Below, one piece after another: positions 19,692 through 29,980 of a stretch of 64,000 bases of DNA; the first letter of the stretch is position 1, and each line of letters starts with the position of its first letter. Origin of the DNA: Faecousia sp. (GTDB taxonomy: Bacteria; Bacillota; Clostridia; Oscillospirales; Oscillospiraceae); the NCBI GenBank assembly GCA_045533015.1, contig JAZSHB010000016.1, positions 61-64,060 of the forward strand. The letters run 5' to 3'. The notes beneath the pieces were generated by a model. The model worked only from the letters and a program-made list of their open reading frames with translations, was not told where the DNA came from and made no database searches. Position numbers and translations under genes: made by a program.

Positions 19692-20406
19692 TATTTGCTA
19701 TGACGGAACAAAATACAAGGGCTGGCAGCGTCTTAAGACCGGTGACAACACCATCCAGGGAAAGCTGGAGGATACACTTTCCCGGTTGCTAGACGAGGAA
19801 ATTGAGGTCTGCGGCAGCGGTCGTACCGATGCCGGCACACACGCCTGGAGGCAGGTAGTTAATTTCCACTGTCAAAGCAGCATGTCCTGTGAGGAAATTT
19901 TGCGTGGATTGCGCAGGTATTTGCCGGAGGACATCGGTATATATGCCTGCAGGAGCGTGTCTGAACGGTTTCATGCCCGGCTCAACGCAAAAACCAAGAC
20001 CTACTGCTACCGACTGTGGAACAGCGAAACGCCATGTGTATTTGACAGAAAATATGTCTACACATATGCCGGAAAATTGGATGTTGAACGGATGCGCTAT
20101 GCAGCTGCCGGTTTTATCGGAACACATGATTTTTCTGCCTTCTGCTCAAATCCCAGAATGAAGAAATCGACTGTGCGCGTAATTACGGACTTCCGGATCG
20201 ACCAGCTGGAAAATGAGCTCCGGTTTACAGTTACCGGAAACGGCTTTTTGCAGCACATGGTGCGTATTATGGTTGGTACGCTGCTGGAGGTCGGTGCAGG
20301 GGAAAGGGATGCAGATACGATCCCGGCACTTTTCGGCGGTAAGCGGGCGGAAGCAGGTCCTGCAGTTCCGGCGTGCGGGCTTTGTCTGATGGAGGTAACC
20401 TATTGA
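19672..20406 (+). CDS. truA: tRNA pseudouridine(38-40) synthase
   Basis: YDGT, GWQ, GRTDAGTHA, GFLQHMVR; start MRNL after GAGGAG. Confidence 0.93.
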   Translation: MRNLRLDICYDGTKYKGWQRLKTGDNTIQGKLEDTLSRLLDEEIEVCGSGRTDAGTHAWRQVVNFHCQSSMSCEEILRGLRRYLPEDIGIYACRSVSERFHARLNAKTKTYCYRLWNSETPCVFDRKYVYTYAGKLDVERMRYAAAGFIGTHDFSAFCSNPRMKKSTVRVITDFRIDQLENELRFTVTGNGFLQHMVRIMVGTLLEVGAGERDADTIPALFGGKRAEAGPAVPACGLCLMEVTY

Positions 20407-20744
20407 ATATTCAGATTTTTGGGCGGAGCAAATGCTTCGATACAAAAAAGGCGGAGCGATATTTCAAGGAGCGCCGCATAAAGTATCAGTATGTGGACCT
20501 GCTTCGCTACGGTCTTTCCGGTAAGGAGTTTGACGCGGTACTCAGAGGGGTCGGTGGCATAGACCAATTGATCGACTGGGAAGGGAAGTCACAGGATATT
20601 ACCCTTATGAAGTACATGGACGATGCCCGGGCAAAGGAAGACAAGGTATTTGACGAGCCGTCCCTGATGCGCACGCCCATCGTGCGCAACGGCAAACAAG
20701 TGACGGTCGGCTACTGCCCGGAGGTCTGGGCAAAATGGGAATAG
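20403..20744 (+). CDS. ArsC/Spx family protein
   Basis: IQIFG..KCFDTKKAERYFKER, RTPIVRNG; TTG start overlapping truA stop. Confidence 0.85.
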   Translation: MNIQIFGRSKCFDTKKAERYFKERRIKYQYVDLLRYGLSGKEFDAVLRGVGGIDQLIDWEGKSQDITLMKYMDDARAKEDKVFDEPSLMRTPIVRNGKQVTVGYCPEVWAKWE

Positions 20745-20746
20745 TA

Positions 20747-20779
20747 CAAAAGCAGTTCCTCGCTGAGGAACTGCTTTTT
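20747..20779 (+). terminator. Intrinsic terminator
   Basis: AAAAGCAGTTCCTC-gct-GAGGAACTGCTTTTT. Confidence 0.8.
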
Positions 20780-20795
20780 GCGGTTTGGAGGGCGT

Positions 20796-22217
20796 ATGAT
20801 CAGATTATTGGAAACAGTCAATGACTTTATTTGGGGCGCACCGGCGCTGGTATTGATCGTAGGTGTGGGTATCTATCTGAGCATTCGAACTCGGTTTGCC
20901 CAGTTTACGCTGTTTCCAAAGGCGCTGCGATCCTTTATAAACCAGTTTCGGAAAAAGGACAAGAAAGACGGCGTCTCTGGTTACCGGGCGCTGTGCACAG
21001 CTCTTGCTGCCACAGTGGGAACAGGGAATATTGCGGGTGTTGCCGGAGCGATCGCCATTGGCGGTCCCGGTGCCATCTTCTGGATGTGGGTTTGTGGTGT
21101 GCTGGGCATGGCGACCAAGTTTGCCGAAGCAACACTGGCAGTCCGCTACCGTGTCAAAAACGCAGATGGGGAATATGTCGGCGGTCCTATGTACATGATC
21201 GGTCTGGGACTGGGAAGTAAGTGGAAATGGTTGGCATCCGTCTATTGTTTTTTTGGAGTGGTTGCATCCTTTGGGGTTGGAAATGCCACCCAGATCAATG
21301 CGCTTATCGGCGGTGTAAACAGTGCGATCACTGCCTTTGGTGGACGACAGACGGCGTTCGGTGACCTTGCAATGGGAGTTGGACTTGCGGTACTGATAAC
21401 CTTTATGCTCCTGGGTGGGGCAAGGAGAATCGGTTCTGTTGCGGAAAAGCTGGTACCTCTGGCAGCAGGTGGCTATCTTCTGTTGGGGATCGCCGTATTG
21501 CTATTGCGTGCAGAGGCAATACCGGCAGCACTTAATGCGATCCTTCAGGGAGCATTTTCGCCCAAGGCTGTGACCGGCGGTATACTGGGCTCAGCCTTCC
21601 GTGCTCTGCGGGTCGGCGCGTCAAGAGGTGTGTTCACCAACGAAGCGGGAATGGGAACAGCATCCATCGCCCACGGTGCAGCGCAGGTGAAGCATCCTGT
21701 GGACCAGGGGCTTATGGGCATTATGGAGGTATTTCTGGATACGATCGTTATCTGCACCATGACAGCCTTGGTGATCTTGTGCAGCGGCGTGGAGATTCCC
21801 TACGGAACGGACGCCGGCATGCAGTTGACAGCCCAGGCGTTTAGTGCCGTATGCGGGGATTGGGTGAATATCCCCATTGCGCTTGCTCTGTGCTGCTTTG
21901 CCATTGCAACAGTTCTGGGGTGGGGGCTGTACGGCGCCCGTTGTGCGCAGTTTTTGTTTGGTGAGAATGCATGGAGGCGTTTTGTTTATCTGCAGGCAAG
22001 TACGGTAATTTTGGGGTCTGTTCTGGGTACAGCAACAGTTTGGATGCTGTCGGAAACGGTTAATGGTTTGATGGCAATTCCTAATTTGATCGCCCTTGCG
22101 TGGCTAAGTCCGGAGCTTGCACGGCTGACAGAGCAGTACAGAAAAAAGCCTGACCCTAAGAGGTCAGGCTTTGGAAAAAGTCAGGATTCGGACAGACACC
22201 CGTCGCTGGTAATATAG
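20796..22217 (+). CDS. Alanine/glycine:cation symporter (AgcS family)
   Basis: ATVGTGNIAGVA, GGPGAIFWMW, FTNEAGMG. Confidence 0.92.
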   Translation: MIRLLETVNDFIWGAPALVLIVGVGIYLSIRTRFAQFTLFPKALRSFINQFRKKDKKDGVSGYRALCTALAATVGTGNIAGVAGAIAIGGPGAIFWMWVCGVLGMATKFAEATLAVRYRVKNADGEYVGGPMYMIGLGLGSKWKWLASVYCFFGVVASFGVGNATQINALIGGVNSAITAFGGRQTAFGDLAMGVGLAVLITFMLLGGARRIGSVAEKLVPLAAGGYLLLGIAVLLLRAEAIPAALNAILQGAFSPKAVTGGILGSAFRALRVGASRGVFTNEAGMGTASIAHGAAQVKHPVDQGLMGIMEVFLDTIVICTMTALVILCSGVEIPYGTDAGMQLTAQAFSAVCGDWVNIPIALALCCFAIATVLGWGLYGARCAQFLFGENAWRRFVYLQASTVILGSVLGTATVWMLSETVNGLMAIPNLIALAWLSPELARLTEQYRKKPDPKRSGFGKSQDSDRHPSLVI

Positions 22218-23365
22218 CGGTAAACAGTCCTGTTATCTGTGGTGTAGGATAACCGCAGCACGGGAATCGTGCCGAAGGAATCCCATTGCACCATGATGCC
22301 GTCTCCAGGCGTCAGGGCGTGTGCTGCAAGGATGGTATGCTCCGGCGTGAATACAGAACCGTCAGCAGACCAGGAGCCGATCTCCAGCCGGATATCGTAT
22401 ACGGCATTTTCCGGGTAGAGCAAAACCTTCTGTCCGTCTTCATGCAGGACGATTTCAGCAAACTGCCGGTACTTGTCCAGATCCTTTTTATCAAATGCTT
22501 CACAATTGACGCTGCCGCTGACATTTTCACGCTCAGCTGGGAAGTAGGCATCCGCTAAAATACCGGGCAGCTTTTCATAGGAAACCTCCGCCACGATATC
22601 TCCTGAGGAATAAGGACCGATCTCGTAAGGGGAAAAGAAGAAACACAGACCCGTGCCGGAGAAATACCAGTCTGTCTGCTGTAAAAACCCGTTTCCAAAA
22701 CGCTCCTTGACGGTACTTTCATAGCCCTCGTAAAGGGTTGTATTGTCGGATATTTCCTTCAATGCGTCTAAAACATACTGGCATAGGGTTTGCTTGTCTG
22801 CGTCAGCGGTGAGGATATCTTCCAGGGTGAGAGCTTCTCCGGTGACGAGATCGTAGCTGACAGACTGATAGACTGTTTCTGCATGGGAGGCACCGTTATA
22901 AGAACTGTACCCACCGTACATACTAATAACACCGCTGTCGATGCGCATAGGCTGATATAGGATCTGGACCAGATAGGGAGTCCAGTAGGCGGTGGAGGCA
23001 GTATAGGCGCTTTGCGCCTGGTCGCGAAAGGATGCGGCAGTGTCATGAATATCCGTCCGATTTAGAAAATCTACGATGATCTTGTCAGCTACCTCCGGCT
23101 CCGGAACGATCAGAGAAATATTCTGGCGGATGTAGCTGAAGAGCACAGTACCATCCTGTGCTTTTTCCGATTCTGAGATCACCGGAAGACTTACGGAAAC
23201 CATAGGCAGTGAAACAGAGACATTCTGGGTGTCCACCGTGTTCTGTGTTGTGGTGGCGGTTGTGGAGCTGGTTGAAGCGTAAGGTTCTTGCATTTCCTTT
23301 TCCGCACATCCGGTAAACGCGAAAAGAAGATATGCTGCCAAAAGGGCGATAAAAGCTTTTTTCAT
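22181..23365 (-). CDS. Lipoprotein with DUF3298/RsiV-like domain
   Basis: Lipobox FTGC, YDLVTGEALTLEDI, FSPYEIGPYSSG. Confidence 0.75.
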   Translation of the reverse strand: MKKAFIALLAAYLLFAFTGCAEKEMQEPYASTSSTTATTTQNTVDTQNVSVSLPMVSVSLPVISESEKAQDGTVLFSYIRQNISLIVPEPEVADKIIVDFLNRTDIHDTAASFRDQAQSAYTASTAYWTPYLVQILYQPMRIDSGVISMYGGYSSYNGASHAETVYQSVSYDLVTGEALTLEDILTADADKQTLCQYVLDALKEISDNTTLYEGYESTVKERFGNGFLQQTDWYFSGTGLCFFFSPYEIGPYSSGDIVAEVSYEKLPGILADAYFPAERENVSGSVNCEAFDKKDLDKYRQFAEIVLHEDGQKVLLYPENAVYDIRLEIGSWSADGSVFTPEHTILAAHALTPGDGIMVQWDSFGTIPVLRLSYTTDNRTVYRYITSDGCLSES

Positions 23366-23457
23366 GGTAAGTGCTCCTCACATCTGCGTTTTAACGATTA
23401 TACCACAAAAAGGGATTTCTGGCAACGGCGATCGGGATAATTCGACACAGGCAAAAC

Positions 23458-23486
23458 TTGACAAGGCTATAGCAAAATGTTAAAAT
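23458..23486 (+). promoter_or_regulatory. SigA promoter of the cysS leader
   Basis: TTGACA-17 nt-TAAAAT. Confidence 0.75.
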
Positions 23487-23502
23487 AACAAAAATAAAAT
23501 AT

Positions 23503-23687
23503 CGCTGTGAACGGAAATAGTAGCGGTCTTTATCCTCCAGAGAATCCGGGTCGGTGGCTGTGAGCCCGGGTGGTGTCGGAGCGTGAATGTGCGTCCGGGA
23601 GCGAATATACTTTTGAGTGAAAAATGAGAGTGGAACCGCGAGTTGTATGACCCGCCTCTTGTGTCTGGACACAGGGGGCGTTTTTTA
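23503..23687 (+). promoter_or_regulatory. T-box riboswitch (Cys)
   Basis: AGTAG and AGAGA stem I motifs, specifier TGC at 23590-23592, T-box GAGTGGAACCGCG at 23628-23640, terminator at 23653-23686. Confidence 0.92.
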
Positions 23688-23707
23688 TATCGTCAGGAGG
23701 AACGTGT

Positions 23708-25123
23708 ATGTATCTTTATAACTCTTTATCCCATAAAATGGAACTGTTTCAGCCCAATTCTCCGGAGGTCGTCAAGATGTATACCTGCGGACCTACGGTT
23801 TATCACTTTGCGCATATCGGCAATCTGCGAACCTACATCATGGAGGATGTGCTTGAGAAGGCGCTGCGCTATGCAGGGTATAATGTGAAGCGTGTCATGA
23901 ATATTACCGATGTTGGACATCTGGCATCCGATGCCGATACCGGTGAGGATAAGATGCTCAAGGGAGCCAAGCGGGAAAATAAGTCTGTCATGGAGATCGC
24001 CCAATATTATACCGATGCGTTCTTTGCAGACTGTGAGAAGCTGAATATTAAAAAGCCCGATATTATTCAGCCGGCGACGGGCTGTATCCCGGAGTTTATC
24101 CAGATCGTACAGGGTCTGCTGGATAAGGGCTTTGCCTATGTTGCCGGGGGTAATGTGTATTTTGACACCTCCAAGCTGGAAAAGTACTATGTTTTCAATG
24201 ACCACGACGAGGAGGATCTTGCCATCGGTGTCCGGGAAGGCGTGGAGGAGGATACCAACAAGCGCAACAAGAACGATTTTGTCCTGTGGTTTACTAAATC
24301 CAAATTTGAGGATCAGGCGCTCAAGTGGGATTCTCCCTGGGGAGTCGGTTATCCCGGCTGGCATATCGAATGCTCCGGTATTTCTATGAAATATCTGGGT
24401 GAAGATCTGGATATCCACTGTGGCGGTATCGATAATGCTTTCCCGCACCACACCAATGAGATCGCCCAGTCTGAAAGCTATCTCGGACACAAGTGGTGCA
24501 ATTACTGGTTCCATGTGCATCATCTGAATACTGACAGCGGAAAAATGTCCAAATCTAAAGGCGAATTTCTTACGGTAAGCCTTTTGGAGCAGAAGGGTTA
24601 CGACCCGATGGCGTATAGGTTCTTCTGTCTGCAGAGCCATTACCGCAGAAACCTTGTATTCAGCTGGGAAAATCTTGACAATGCGGCGGTTGCGTACCAA
24701 AAACTGATCGCAAAGATCGCATCTCTCAATGATGGCGGTGATGTGGATGCCCAGGCACTGACAGCGCTGAAGGAGCGCTTTGTAAATGCGCTCAATGCTG
24801 ATCTGAATACTTCTGTGGCTGTTACCGCTGTCTATGATGTACTGAAGGCGAAAACCACTGACGCAACAAAGCTTGCCGCCTTGAAGGACTTTGACAGCGT
24901 GCTAAGTCTGAACCTTATCCGTGCGGCACAGAACCTCCGGGAAAAGGAGGCAGCTCAGGCAGCAGCCTCTGCCGATCCGGAGATCGATGCCCTGGTCCAG
25001 GCGCGTACCGACGCAAAAAAGGCGAAAAATTATGCAGAGGCAGATCGCATCCGGGATGAACTGAAAGCAAGAGGCATTGAGATCATTGACACCCCCCAGG
25101 GTGCGAAGTGGAGAAAAGTATGA
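23708..25123 (+). CDS. cysS: Cysteine--tRNA ligase
   Basis: CGPTVY, HIGN, PGWHIECS, KMSKS. Confidence 0.97.
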   Translation: MYLYNSLSHKMELFQPNSPEVVKMYTCGPTVYHFAHIGNLRTYIMEDVLEKALRYAGYNVKRVMNITDVGHLASDADTGEDKMLKGAKRENKSVMEIAQYYTDAFFADCEKLNIKKPDIIQPATGCIPEFIQIVQGLLDKGFAYVAGGNVYFDTSKLEKYYVFNDHDEEDLAIGVREGVEEDTNKRNKNDFVLWFTKSKFEDQALKWDSPWGVGYPGWHIECSGISMKYLGEDLDIHCGGIDNAFPHHTNEIAQSESYLGHKWCNYWFHVHHLNTDSGKMSKSKGEFLTVSLLEQKGYDPMAYRFFCLQSHYRRNLVFSWENLDNAAVAYQKLIAKIASLNDGGDVDAQALTALKERFVNALNADLNTSVAVTAVYDVLKAKTTDATKLAALKDFDSVLSLNLIRAAQNLREKEAAQAAASADPEIDALVQARTDAKKAKNYAEADRIRDELKARGIEIIDTPQGAKWRKV

Positions 25124-27657
25124 AGCTTTTGATACTGGATGGCAACAGCGTGATCAACCGGGCTTTTTACGGTGTCCGTCCGCTGACCACCCGCGATGGC
25201 TTATATACCCATGCTATTTACGGATTTTTGAATATTCTGGAGAAGCGGGAAAGGGAAGAGCAGCCGGAGGCGGTTTGTGTTGCCTTTGATCTGCACGGAC
25301 CGACCTTCCGGCATAAACAGTATGACGGATATAAGGCGACCCGCCATGCTATGCCGGAGGAGCTTGCTCAGCAGATGCCTGTTATGAAGCAGGTACTGCA
25401 GGCGATGAATATTCCTATTTATGAATGCCAAGGCTGGGAAGCGGATGATGTGATCGGCACTGTCGGCAGGATCTGCAGCAATAACGGCTGGGAATGTGTC
25501 ATAGCCACCGGTGACCGGGACAGTCTGCAGCTGATCGATGAGAATGTCCATGTGAAGCTTGTTATCTCAAAGTCCGGGCAAACCACAGCTACGTTGTACG
25601 ATGTGGAAAAATTCCGGGAAGAATACGGCTTTTTGCCGAAAAAAATGGTCGATCTGAAGGCTTTGATGGGTGACAGCTCGGACAATATCCCCGGTGTAGC
25701 CGGTGTTGGACCGAAAACCGCAACAGAACTGCTGCTGAAATTCGGTTCTCTGGACGGTGTTTATGAGAATCTCCAGGATGAGACGATTCGTCCGAAGCTG
25801 CGTGAAAAGCTGGAAGCAGGCAGGGAAAGCGCCTATCTTTCCTATGATCTGGCGACTATTCGCACCAATGCCCCTATTGATTTTGAGCCGAGAGATGCGA
25901 TTATTCAGCCGCCGAACCGCGCAGAACTGTATCAGCAGTTTGTAAAGCTGGAGTTTGTGCGGCTGATCGACAGATACGGTCTGCATGGTGCGGAGCAGGA
26001 AAGTTCCGATCCCCGGGTCAAGCCCCAATGTGACTGCCTGCCACAGGTGTCACAGCTGCCGGGAAGGTGTGACCGGTATGCCCTTTATATTGCCCCGGAC
26101 AGCTCTGTAGCGGTTGCTTGGCAGGGAGGCGTCTGTGTGATCACACCTTTGGAAGCACAGGACCTGGTACCGCTTCTTTCCTCTGATGCAGCTGCGGTCA
26201 GTCATGACCTTAAATCCACCCTTCATAGATTGGACGAAATGGGATTGCCCCATGGCAGCTTTGTCTTTGATACAGCCCTTGCGGCTTACGATCTTAACCC
26301 ATCCCAGTCGGATTATCCGGTGTCAAAGCTGGCGACGAATTTTCTGGGATTGTGTGTTGACGACGGGGATGCTGCTGCCTGCGCCCAGGCGCTGTGGAAT
26401 CTGCATCCTGTACTGGAGGACCAGCTGGAAAAGCTGCAAATGATGCCGTTGTATTATGATATTGAGCTGCCTTTGTGCGCAGTTCTGTATCGGATGGAGT
26501 GTGAAGGTGTTGCCATCGACAGGGAACAGCTGGAGCAATTCGGCACGATGCTGTCCCGGAGAATCGATGATTGTGAGAAGACGATCTTCGCTTATTCTGA
26601 AGAACCATTTAACATCAATTCACCTAAGCAGCTGGGGGATCTTCTGTTTGAAAAGCTGGGTCTTCCGCCGGTGAAGAAAACCAAAACCGGATACTCCACC
26701 AATGCAGAGGTGCTGGAGAAGCTGAAAAACAAGCATCCGATCATACCGGCGATCATGGATTACCGGATGCTGACAAAGCTTAAATCCACATACGCCGATG
26801 GACTGATGAAAGTCATCGGTCCGGACGGGCGTATTCGCACCACCTTCCAGAATCTGGTGACTGCAACGGGACGGCTCTCCTCGACAGAACCGAATTTGCA
26901 AAATATTCCCGTCCGTACAGATCTGGGTGCTGAGATTCGGAAGATGTTTATACCCAAGCCGGGACATGTGCTTGTGGATGCGGATTATAGTCAGATCGAG
27001 CTGCGGGTGCTCGCGCACATCGCCCACGATACTGCTATGCAGCAGGCATTTGCCAGTGGTATGGATATCCATACTGTAACGGCGTCCCAGGTGTTTGGCG
27101 TAGAGCCGGATGCGGTCACGCCACTGCAGCGTCGCCATGCAAAGGCAGTTAATTTCGGTATTGTGTATGGCATATCTGAATTTTCCCTTGCAGATGACAT
27201 TGGAGTCAGCCGGTATGAGGCAAAGGCGTATATTGAAAATTATCTTAACAATTACCGGGGCGTGCAAGCATATATGCGCCAGGTTGTTGAAGATGCGAAG
27301 CAAACCGGCTACACCCAGACACTTTACGGTCGCCGGCGCCATATCCCGGAGCTGAAGAGTACTAATTTCAATATTCGTCAGGGCGCGGAGCGTGTTGCGC
27401 TTAATACGCCCATTCAGGGCACAGCTGCGGATCTTATCAAACTTGCCATGATCCGGGTGGACAAAGCACTTTCGGAGCAATACCCTGAGGCAAAACTCCT
27501 TTTGCAGGTCCATGACGAACTGATTGTGGAATGCCCGGAGCAAATTGCAGAAGGTGTTGCAGAGCTTGTCAGCCGGGAAATGCAGCAGATCGCCCAGTTG
27601 GAGGTGCCGCTGCTTGCAGAGGCGAAATACGGTAAAAGCTGGTACGAGGCAAAGTGA
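25120..27657 (+). CDS. polA: DNA polymerase I
   Basis: 5'-3' exonuclease domain (EADD, GDSSDNIPGV), ADYSQIELR, QVHDEL. Confidence 0.97.
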   Translation: MKLLILDGNSVINRAFYGVRPLTTRDGLYTHAIYGFLNILEKREREEQPEAVCVAFDLHGPTFRHKQYDGYKATRHAMPEELAQQMPVMKQVLQAMNIPIYECQGWEADDVIGTVGRICSNNGWECVIATGDRDSLQLIDENVHVKLVISKSGQTTATLYDVEKFREEYGFLPKKMVDLKALMGDSSDNIPGVAGVGPKTATELLLKFGSLDGVYENLQDETIRPKLREKLEAGRESAYLSYDLATIRTNAPIDFEPRDAIIQPPNRAELYQQFVKLEFVRLIDRYGLHGAEQESSDPRVKPQCDCLPQVSQLPGRCDRYALYIAPDSSVAVAWQGGVCVITPLEAQDLVPLLSSDAAAVSHDLKSTLHRLDEMGLPHGSFVFDTALAAYDLNPSQSDYPVSKLATNFLGLCVDDGDAAACAQALWNLHPVLEDQLEKLQMMPLYYDIELPLCAVLYRMECEGVAIDREQLEQFGTMLSRRIDDCEKTIFAYSEEPFNINSPKQLGDLLFEKLGLPPVKKTKTGYSTNAEVLEKLKNKHPIIPAIMDYRMLTKLKSTYADGLMKVIGPDGRIRTTFQNLVTATGRLSSTEPNLQNIPVRTDLGAEIRKMFIPKPGHVLVDADYSQIELRVLAHIAHDTAMQQAFASGMDIHTVTASQVFGVEPDAVTPLQRRHAKAVNFGIVYGISEFSLADDIGVSRYEAKAYIENYLNNYRGVQAYMRQVVEDAKQTGYTQTLYGRRRHIPELKSTNFNIRQGAERVALNTPIQGTAADLIKLAMIRVDKALSEQYPEAKLLLQVHDELIVECPEQIAEGVAELVSREMQQIAQLEVPLLAEAKYGKSWYEAK

Positions 27658-28097
27658 TGGAATATATACAGATGACTCAGGCGCATACAGCCCAGATCGC
27701 CAAGCTGGAGCAGCAGTGTTTCAGTGCGCCCTGGAGTGAGAATTCCATAAAGCACGAACTGACCAATCCGCTGTCTTTGTGGCTGGTTGCGCTGGACGGA
27801 CAGCAGGTTGCCGGCTATGTCGGCTCTCAGTCCGTTCTGGGAGAGGCGGATATGATGAATTTGGCAGTATTACCAGCTTACAGACGCAAAGGTGTGGCAA
27901 CACAGCTAATAAAACAGCTCGTGGATGCCCTGCGCGGTAAAGGCGTTTATTGCCTGACTCTTGAGGTACGCGAATCCAACACAGCGGCGATCGCCTTATA
28001 TGATCATCTTGGCTTTTGCCAGGTAGGGCGCAGACCCAAATACTATTCTGATCCCAGGGAGGACGCATTGATCCTCAGAAAGGAGTGGGAGGTATGA
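27654..28097 (+). CDS. rimI: Ribosomal protein S18 alanine N-acetyltransferase
   Basis: FSAPWS, LEVRESN, RPKYY..EDA; next to tsaD. Confidence 0.88.
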   Translation: MMEYIQMTQAHTAQIAKLEQQCFSAPWSENSIKHELTNPLSLWLVALDGQQVAGYVGSQSVLGEADMMNLAVLPAYRRKGVATQLIKQLVDALRGKGVYCLTLEVRESNTAAIALYDHLGFCQVGRRPKYYSDPREDALILRKEWEV

Positions 28098-29110
28098 ATA
28101 TTCTGGCAGTAGAGTCCTCCTGCGACGAAACGGCAGTAGCGATCGTAGCCGATGGCAGGCGTGTTTTGACAGATTGCATTGCCTCTCAGGTGGAGTTGCA
28201 CCGCATCTATGGCGGTGTAGTACCGGAGATCGCTTCCAGAAAGCATATCGAGGCCGTCTACGGACTGGCTGAACAGGCACTTAAAACAGCGAATTTGACC
28301 CGGGCGGACATTGATGGCATTGCTGTTACCTACGCTCCGGGGCTGATCGGTGCTGTGCTGGTAGGTGTAAATTTTGCCAAGGCAGCAGCACTGGCGCTTA
28401 ATAAACCGCTGATCCCGGTGCATCATATCCGTGGGCATATTGCCGCGAATTATCTGGCATACCCGGAGCTTGAACCGCCGTTTCTGTGTCTGGTAGTCTC
28501 CGGCGGTCATACTATGATCGTGGATGTAAAGGATTATACCCATATGCAAATTCTGGGCGGCACCCTTGACGATGCGGCAGGAGAATGCTTCGATAAGGTC
28601 GCCCGTGTGCTGGGAATGCCGTATCCGGGAGGTGCGGCGCTTGACAAGGCAGCACAGCTTGGGGAAGAAGAGAAATATACCCTTCCCCGTGCCAAGGCAG
28701 GACAGAATCCCTATGATATGAGCTTTTCCGGGCTGAAGACCGCGGCGCTGAATCTGATTCACCATGCCCAGCAGGTGGGTGAGGCGTTGGATGTTAACAG
28801 CTTTTGTGCCTCCTTTTCCGCTGCTGTTTCTGATACGCTGGTTCCCAGGACCATGCAGGCATTGGAGCAGACAGGCTATAAAAAGCTCGCGGTAGCAGGG
28901 GGCGTGGCAGCAAATTCCAGGATCCGCCGGGATATTCAGACAGCTGCGGACAGACTCGGTGCCTGTGTGTATATGCCGCCTTTGTCACTTTGTGGTGACA
29001 ATGCTGCGATGATTGGTGCCCAGGGATATTATGAGTATCTGGCGGAAAATACGGCGGATATGTCACTGAACGCATACGCGACCAAGTCGATCTTAGGCGA
29101 GGCGCTATAA
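28094..29110 (+). CDS. tsaD: t6A37 tRNA threonylcarbamoyltransferase
   Basis: ESSCDET, GGVVPEIASRKH, HHIRGH, DNAAMI. Confidence 0.96.
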   Translation: MNILAVESSCDETAVAIVADGRRVLTDCIASQVELHRIYGGVVPEIASRKHIEAVYGLAEQALKTANLTRADIDGIAVTYAPGLIGAVLVGVNFAKAAALALNKPLIPVHHIRGHIAANYLAYPELEPPFLCLVVSGGHTMIVDVKDYTHMQILGGTLDDAAGECFDKVARVLGMPYPGGAALDKAAQLGEEEKYTLPRAKAGQNPYDMSFSGLKTAALNLIHHAQQVGEALDVNSFCASFSAAVSDTLVPRTMQALEQTGYKKLAVAGGVAANSRIRRDIQTAADRLGACVYMPPLSLCGDNAAMIGAQGYYEYLAENTADMSLNAYATKSILGEAL

Positions 29111-29243
29111 GAAAATGCAGGAGATATTCGTTTCTCCTGCACTTTCCGTTTTGCTTGCGATTATTCATGCAAATATTCCCAAAATTCTTTATGTAAACTG
29201 CTTTTTTTGAGGGGATATTATTGAAAAAGTTTGAAAAACATCA

Positions 29244-29417
29244 TTATCCGCAAAGTTTTGCAAATTTCGACAAATAGAAAATTAAGCCAAGTCTGTGGAA
29301 AAACCTGTGGATTGTGTGAATAAGTTCTTGTATACTCCGATTATTTTTAGTTATGGTAACTCTGTTTTTTGCAAACCAGAGACCAATTGGGCGTAATTTG
29401 AAAAGAAAGCTGTCGAA
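29244..29417. promoter_or_regulatory. DnaA-box cluster flanked by two Spo0A boxes
   Basis: TTATCCGCA 29244, TGTGGAAAA 29294, TGTGGATTG 29306, TGTGAATAA 29315; TGTCGAA at 29266-29272 (-) and 29411-29417 (+); AT-rich. Confidence 0.6.
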
Positions 29418-29465
29418 AAATGACGCGTGCAGGAAATCCTCCTGCTTTTTGTCCGGGGTGATCAA

Positions 29466-29966
29466 ATGTTACAGATAATTCGCGAGCTTTCCCAGATCAA
29501 TATTGCACAGCTGAAGGAAGTGTATCTCCAAAGCAATACAGAAAACGGTGCGCGGGATTACCCAGAACTGGATGCCAATATTCAGCTGGTGTATGCAGAG
29601 CAAGACTTTTATGCATATCTGAAGCTGTTCCTGGAGGATAAGCGTTCGCTATGCGCTGTGTGGGCGGTGGAAGGCGTGTATAAAGCTGCATTGCGATTAG
29701 AGCCGTATCAGGATGGTCTGCTCCTTGCGGGGCTGGAGACGGCACCGGATGCCCGAAGGAAGGGCTATGCTAAGATGCTTGTGGATGCGGTGTTAGGGTA
29801 TCTTAGTGAGCAGGGAAGCGTTCGCGTATATTCCCATGTGGATAAGCGTAATACAGCATCCCTTGCAGTCCACCGGGCTTGCGGCTTTACAAGGATCCTG
29901 GAGCATGCAGTGTATGCAGACAGCTCTGTATCTCACAGCGCCTGTACACTCAACTATATCATGTAA
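29466..29966 (+). CDS. GNAT family N-acetyltransferase
   Basis: RRKGYA, N.AS..VH..CGF motifs. Confidence 0.85.
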   Translation: MLQIIRELSQINIAQLKEVYLQSNTENGARDYPELDANIQLVYAEQDFYAYLKLFLEDKRSLCAVWAVEGVYKAALRLEPYQDGLLLAGLETAPDARRKGYAKMLVDAVLGYLSEQGSVRVYSHVDKRNTASLAVHRACGFTRILEHAVYADSSVSHSACTLNYIM

Positions 29967-29980
29967 AAATCCTGTACCGA

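Noticed and set aside
25950-26450. Degenerate 3'-5' exonuclease region of PolA
   Set aside because: Loss of proofreading residues is common in Bacillota PolA
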